Shown here: positions 59,958-64,000 of the stretch, piece after piece
How positions within the stretch are numbered: the stretch's first letter is position 1
How the letters are laid out: every line of letters starts with the position of its first letter
Assembly (NCBI GenBank): GCA_965198115.1
Contig: OZ240241.1
Coordinates: forward strand, 6,464,001 to 6,528,000
Reading direction: 5' to 3'
From: Candidatus Latescibacterota bacterium
Lineage (GTDB): Bacteria > Latescibacterota > UBA2968
Length of the DNA stretch: 64,000 nt
Made by a program: the position numbers and the translations under genes
The notes under the pieces: model-generated
What the model was told of the DNA's origin: nothing
The model's database searches: none
The model's input: only the letters and a program-made list of their open reading frames with translations

Positions 59958-61370
59958 TTATCGAAGATAATCCGCGTACTGCCAGTCGTTCTCTCGCCGC
60001 GCTCCCGAGTCACCATCCTTGTAGTGCGCGCTCAGCACGGCATCGTGCTCGGTAGTAAGACGACTTAAGATATCCCCATCCGCGATACGATCGTTCGTTT
60101 CAGCCTGCCACTCGGCGAGCCTTGTTCTGAGACGATCCTGAATGTCGGCACGTTCGGGATCGCCAGCGAGATTGTGGAACTCGAAGGGATCGTTCGCAAG
60201 GTCGTAGAGTTCCTCGGGCGGCGGGTGATGATACGTCGCGTAGGCATCTCTGATCCATCGATCGGCATGCTCGATTTCTTCGACGGTTGCCCCGGGCTCC
60301 CAAAGTTGTTCGGGACCCGAATAGCCACGGGCGCTCGGGCTCGCCCGATCATTCAGGCAGTTAACGATCAATTTGTAGCGAGCGTCACGAATCGTTCGTT
60401 GCGGGAAGTAGCTCGTGGGACTCCCGCTACACCATTCAGTGAAGAGATGTTCGTGATGCGTGGTCGTTTCGCCCCGTACGACCGGAAGGTAGGATCGACC
60501 TGCGATGGCGGTTGGCGCATCGACCCCGATGGCGTCGAGAATCGTGGGCATCACGTCGATGTGTGAGACGAGTGCGTCGGCGACTTGTCCTTCACTCACG
60601 TGGCTCGGCCATCTCAGTATGGTCGGGACCTTTACGCCCCCTTCGTAGCAGCACGTCTTCCCTCGTGAGAACTGAGCACCGTGGTCCGAGGTGAAGAGGA
60701 CGAGTGTGTCGCTGGTCTTGCCCGACCTTTCGAGGGCATCGAGGAGATGACCGACCCCGGTGTCTAGCCGGCTCATGCAGTTGTAGTAATCGGCCGTGTG
60801 TTGCCGGAGACGGGGCGTGTCGATGCCGACCTGCGGCAAGGGGGTGACGTCGCTGGCTTCGTAAGGTATCTGTGGCACACCGAACTGTTGGCGGTGGAAT
60901 GGGAGATGACAGTCCGGGTAGTTGACGGTCAGAAAGAAAGGGGCGTCGCTCTCGTTGATGAATGCGTCGGCGACAGATGCCATCTTGGTAACATCGCGGT
61001 TGGGAAAGCCGATGTAGTCACGATCGTTCCACCAGAGATCGAGCGGGTAGGCCGCTTCGGGTAGGATGTGGAGCTTTCCGATCATGCCAGTTCGATACCC
61101 CGCGCTCTTCAGTAGCGCGGGAAGATTGGGAAGGCCGTCGAATGTGAAGTACCTGTGTGTTGCAAGACCGATCTGGCCGTTCTGGTGCGGGTAAAGCCCG
61201 GTGTGAATGCTGGCCCGCCCTGGCGAGCACACCGCCTGCGTCGTGTAGGCGTTCGTGAAGCGGATGCCCTCGGCCGCCAATCGATCGAGATGGGGTGTGG
61301 AGACGTTCGAGTCCCCGTAGCAGCTCAGGTGTGGGCCGTTGTCTTCAGAGACGATGAGAAGGATGTTCAT
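59958..61370 (-). CDS. Sulfatase (formylglycine-dependent; N-sulfoglucosamine sulfohydrolase-like)
   Basis: NILLIVSEDNG, CSPGRASIHTG (CxPxR), GKLH, TSDHG, ELYDL..DP.E..NLA. Confidence 0.93.
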   Translation of the reverse strand: MNILLIVSEDNGPHLSCYGDSNVSTPHLDRLAAEGIRFTNAYTTQAVCSPGRASIHTGLYPHQNGQIGLATHRYFTFDGLPNLPALLKSAGYRTGMIGKLHILPEAAYPLDLWWNDRDYIGFPNRDVTKMASVADAFINESDAPFFLTVNYPDCHLPFHRQQFGVPQIPYEASDVTPLPQVGIDTPRLRQHTADYYNCMSRLDTGVGHLLDALERSGKTSDTLVLFTSDHGAQFSRGKTCCYEGGVKVPTILRWPSHVSEGQVADALVSHIDVMPTILDAIGVDAPTAIAGRSYLPVVRGETTTHHEHLFTEWCSGSPTSYFPQRTIRDARYKLIVNCLNDRASPSARGYSGPEQLWEPGATVEEIEHADRWIRDAYATYHHPPPEELYDLANDPFEFHNLAGDPERADIQDRLRTRLAEWQAETNDRIADGDILSRLTTEHDAVLSAHYKDGDSGARRENDWQYADYLR

Positions 61371-61438
61371 TAATTGAAAATGTAAAAGTAAAAATGCAAA
61401 ATGTGCAAAACGGTCTAGGTGATGCAGGGCAGAACGTT

Positions 61439-62866
61439 GGCAATGTCTTTTTCGCTGTTGAAATTGGACAGCGGCATGTGATGGTTTCAGGCGGCTGCAG
61501 CGCGTCCTTCAACGTTCCCGTCGAGGGCGGCATCGTGCGTCTGAAGGGCGACCACAAGCTTGGTCATCTGGCGGTAGCCCTTGAGTCGCCGGAAGCCCCG
61601 TTCGGCTTCCAAGGCACCGGCGGCGCTCCAGCGCAGGATCATGCGGCCGCTCTTCCATCGCTTGACGCGGCCTGAGAGTTGGCGCAACTGTCCGATCAGG
61701 TTTTCGATGACGTTCGTGCTCGAAAGGGTGCGCTCCAGGGAAGATCCACCGAGGCCCAGGCGTTTGACCGTCAGCAGATCCTCGAGCCCTTCGCGGAGCG
61801 AGGCGGCCGCACCGGGGTGCTGCTCGTCCAGGCTCCTCGCCAGATTCTTCAGCATACGCTCGGCTAGTTCAGGATCTTCGGCTTTGAACGCGTCTTTCAG
61901 GGCGCGCTTCACCGACCCCCGCTTGCCCTCCGGCAGCGCGTCCAACACGTTCCGCTTCTTATGCTCCTGGCATCGCTGGATGAGCGCGCGTCTTCCGAGG
62001 ACCGACCGCACAGCCCTGTAAAGGGCCTTGCCGCCGTCGATCACCACGAGGATAGCCCGGTCGGTGGGGAGGCCCCGCTCTACAAGGTCCTCCAGCAGGG
62101 CCGTGCAGGTGGCCTTGTTCTCCGTCGCCCCTTCCCAGAGTCCGAGCACGTGCTTCTGGCCTTGGCCGTCAATGCCCACCCCCGCCACAATGACGTGATC
62201 GCCGGCATAGTGGACGCCGTCGAGCATCAGCACTTTCAGGCCCAGCTCGGACAGATCGCGCTCCATCAGCGTGGCCAGTTTCCTGGCTGTCCCACGGACG
62301 AACCGGCCACTTACCGCGCTCCGACTGGTTCCACGGCCCACAAGGACCTCAGGCACCTCCTCCAGAGAGCGCCGGTACTTGCGCGTCGACACCCCGACCA
62401 GCATCTGTTCGATCGCACGCGCCTCAAGCGGGTCCCTGGCCGACCACGATTCCCAGCTCGGCAGCGACACCTCTTCCCCCGAGGTCGTCCGCACCCGAGG
62501 CCGCTTCACCTTGACCAGCCGCCCACCCAGTACCAGGGAGCTGGGCACATGCCCGCCCCGGTGAGCCTGTCGCTCTTCCGTGTGCCGATAACGAGGCCCG
62601 CACACCTGCGTCCGCTCCGACTCAAGCACCTCAATGACGTGCGACAACCCGGACACCAGAACCGTGTCCTACAGACTCTCTCGAACGAACGCACCAAGCG
62701 CCTGACTCAGTCCCGACTTGACGTTTCCCTGTTGCCGACTTGCTTTCTTACTGACATTCTTACCAATGGTGGTAGCTCCTCTTTGATGTGAACTACTTCC
62801 CACCCGAATCATGGGATTCGGGCGGAGGAGCCGCCACCCAATTTCAACAATCTAGGAGACTTCGCC
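61439..62866 (-). mobile_element. IS256-family insertion sequence (distinct from 4017-5390)
   Basis: IRs GGCAATGTCTTTTTCGCTGTTGAAATTGG / rc GGCGAAGTCTCCTAGATTGTTGAAATTGG; direct repeat CAGAACGT at 61430-61437 and 62867-62874. Confidence 0.88.
61487..62767 (-). pseudogene. IS256-family transposase with ATT start and in-frame TAG near the N-terminus
   Basis: LMLDG, VIDGGKAL, IQRCQEHK, STNVIEN in 61487-62656. The frame extends upstream to ATT 62767 after AGAGGAG but is interrupted by TAG at 62669-62671. Confidence 0.8.
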
Positions 62867-62902
62867 CAGAACGTGCCGATAATCGTTTGGGTAACTACTA
62901 TG

Positions 62903-63517
62903 TCATTTCCTGAGCGTTAGTGATTGAAGTGATTGTTCAGACCGATGTCGACGTTGTGGAAATCGACGATTTCGAAAAGGCATCCAGTAATCCTCATCAG
63001 GTCTTCGTCTTTCTTGAAGGGAGAAGAAACGTTTGGGTTCGTAGTGGTCCTTGTCGAAGGTTCCTTCTTCGCCCGTTCCACCGTAGCATCCGAGGAAGAA
63101 CAGGCCGCCTTTGATGAGGACGCGGCGTATCTCCTCGAGGACGGCGGGTAGGCTGCTTACCGGGACGTGAAGTAACGTGTTGAGCGACCAGACGGCGTCG
63201 AAGGTGGAATTTGGAAACGCGATCGCGTAGTAGTCCATCTGAATGGATCGCAGGCCCGCATCACGACAGTGTCGGACCATCGGTTCTGACAGGTCGGAAG
63301 TGACGACGAGGTAGCCTAGATCGCGAAAGATCCTGCTGTCAGGTGCCGTGCCGGCACCTATGTCGAGAATCGATTGCTTGTCCTCCGCTTCGAGACGATA
63401 GATAAATGTGCCGCGCTCGCTGACCTTCCAGGCCGCCTGCGTTTTGGCGCTCCGCTCCTAGACGTTGGCGTCGTAAGACGTTCGGAGCGATTCCTTGAGG
63501 TTTTCGTCTTGAGACAT
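62903..63517 (-). pseudogene. Class I SAM-dependent methyltransferase, disrupted
   Basis: Manual translation from ATG 63517 (MSQDENLKESLRTSYDANV*ERS...ILDIGAGT...SDLSEPM...FDAVWS...LLHVP); TAG at 63458-63460 plus probable compensating frameshifts at ~63019 and ~62925. Confidence 0.82.
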
Positions 63518-63646
63518 ACGAGAAGGACGGGAATCAATGAATAATAAAAGGCAAAGTGAAACCTGGGTGTCCTATCACACCTGAGATTTCCGCCTATAGA
63601 TCCCTCGGGTGACGGTCGTGGCCTGGAGTCACGATGAGACCAGCAA

Positions 63647-64000
63647 TTACGAGGAAGGCTTTTGGAGGTCGTATTTCTTGATGCGAGAGGCGAGCGTGGT
63701 GGGGCGAAGGCCGAGGAGTTCGGCGGTGCCGCCGGGGCCGTAGATTTTCCAGCCTGTGCGGTTCAGCGCTGATAGGAGGTTTTTCTCGTCGAGTTCGACC
63801 ATCTGAGCTTCGGTGAGGATGCCGTCGTTGGCGACGGTGTCCGTCGGTGTGACGACTCGAGGGGGCGCAACGCTGGCGTCGACCAGATCCAGACGGAGAG
63901 TGTCGCCGGGCGAAGTGATGACGGCACGTTCGATGACGTTCTGAAGCTCACGCACGTTCCCGGGCCAATCATAACCCTGGAGTCGATCGACGACGGCCTG
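63647..64000 (-). CDS. Sigma-54-dependent transcriptional activator (NtrC/FhlA-type), C-terminal part only
   Basis: YDWPGNVRELQNVIERA and Fis-type HTH GWKIYGPGGTAELLGLRPTTLASRIKK; 5' end outside the window. Confidence 0.92.
   Translation of the reverse strand, partial: QAVVDRLQGYDWPGNVRELQNVIERAVITSPGDTLRLDLVDASVAPPRVVTPTDTVANDGILTEAQMVELDEKNLLSALNRTGWKIYGPGGTAELLGLRPTTLASRIKKYDLQKPSS

Noticed and set aside
37017-63460. In-frame TAG codons (37017, 62669, 63458) as stop-codon recoding or pyrrolysine
   Set aside because: Many intact genes here end in TAG (e.g. 3175, 6654, 25424, 28811, 44597), and the affected genes carry other lesions.

Overview
GC-rich bacterial DNA. It holds about 48 host genes, 45 of them on the minus strand, mostly small-molecule catabolic enzymes: 6 Gfo/Idh/MocA oxidoreductases, 5 PhyH-type Fe(II)/2OG dioxygenase genes, 2 enolase-superfamily genes, 2 Asp-box (BNR) sialidase-like proteins, a GH32, a sulfatase, a LarA-like protein, a DegT aminotransferase and a family III CoA transferase. 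There are also 2 DUF6785/6784-type polytopic membrane proteins and a near-tandem array of 4 duplicated MacB/FtsX-type ABC permeases with no ATPase in the window. This gene-family profile resembles Ca. Latescibacterota/Poribacteria-type genomes (inference). Six IS copies with readable ends and target duplications are present (IS256 x2, ISL3 x2, ISAzo13, IS630). A 33-bp palindromic 'ends-only' transposon footprint with an 8-bp target duplication disrupts a dehydratase gene. Intergenic spacers are packed with several REP-like hairpin families. One 23-39 nt CCTTCG...AGGC unit appears to insert precisely into other repeats, and both filled and empty sites are visible in this window. About 11 genes carry frameshifts or nonsense codons; many sit in homopolymers and may be sequencing errors. 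No rRNA, tRNA or CRISPR array was seen.
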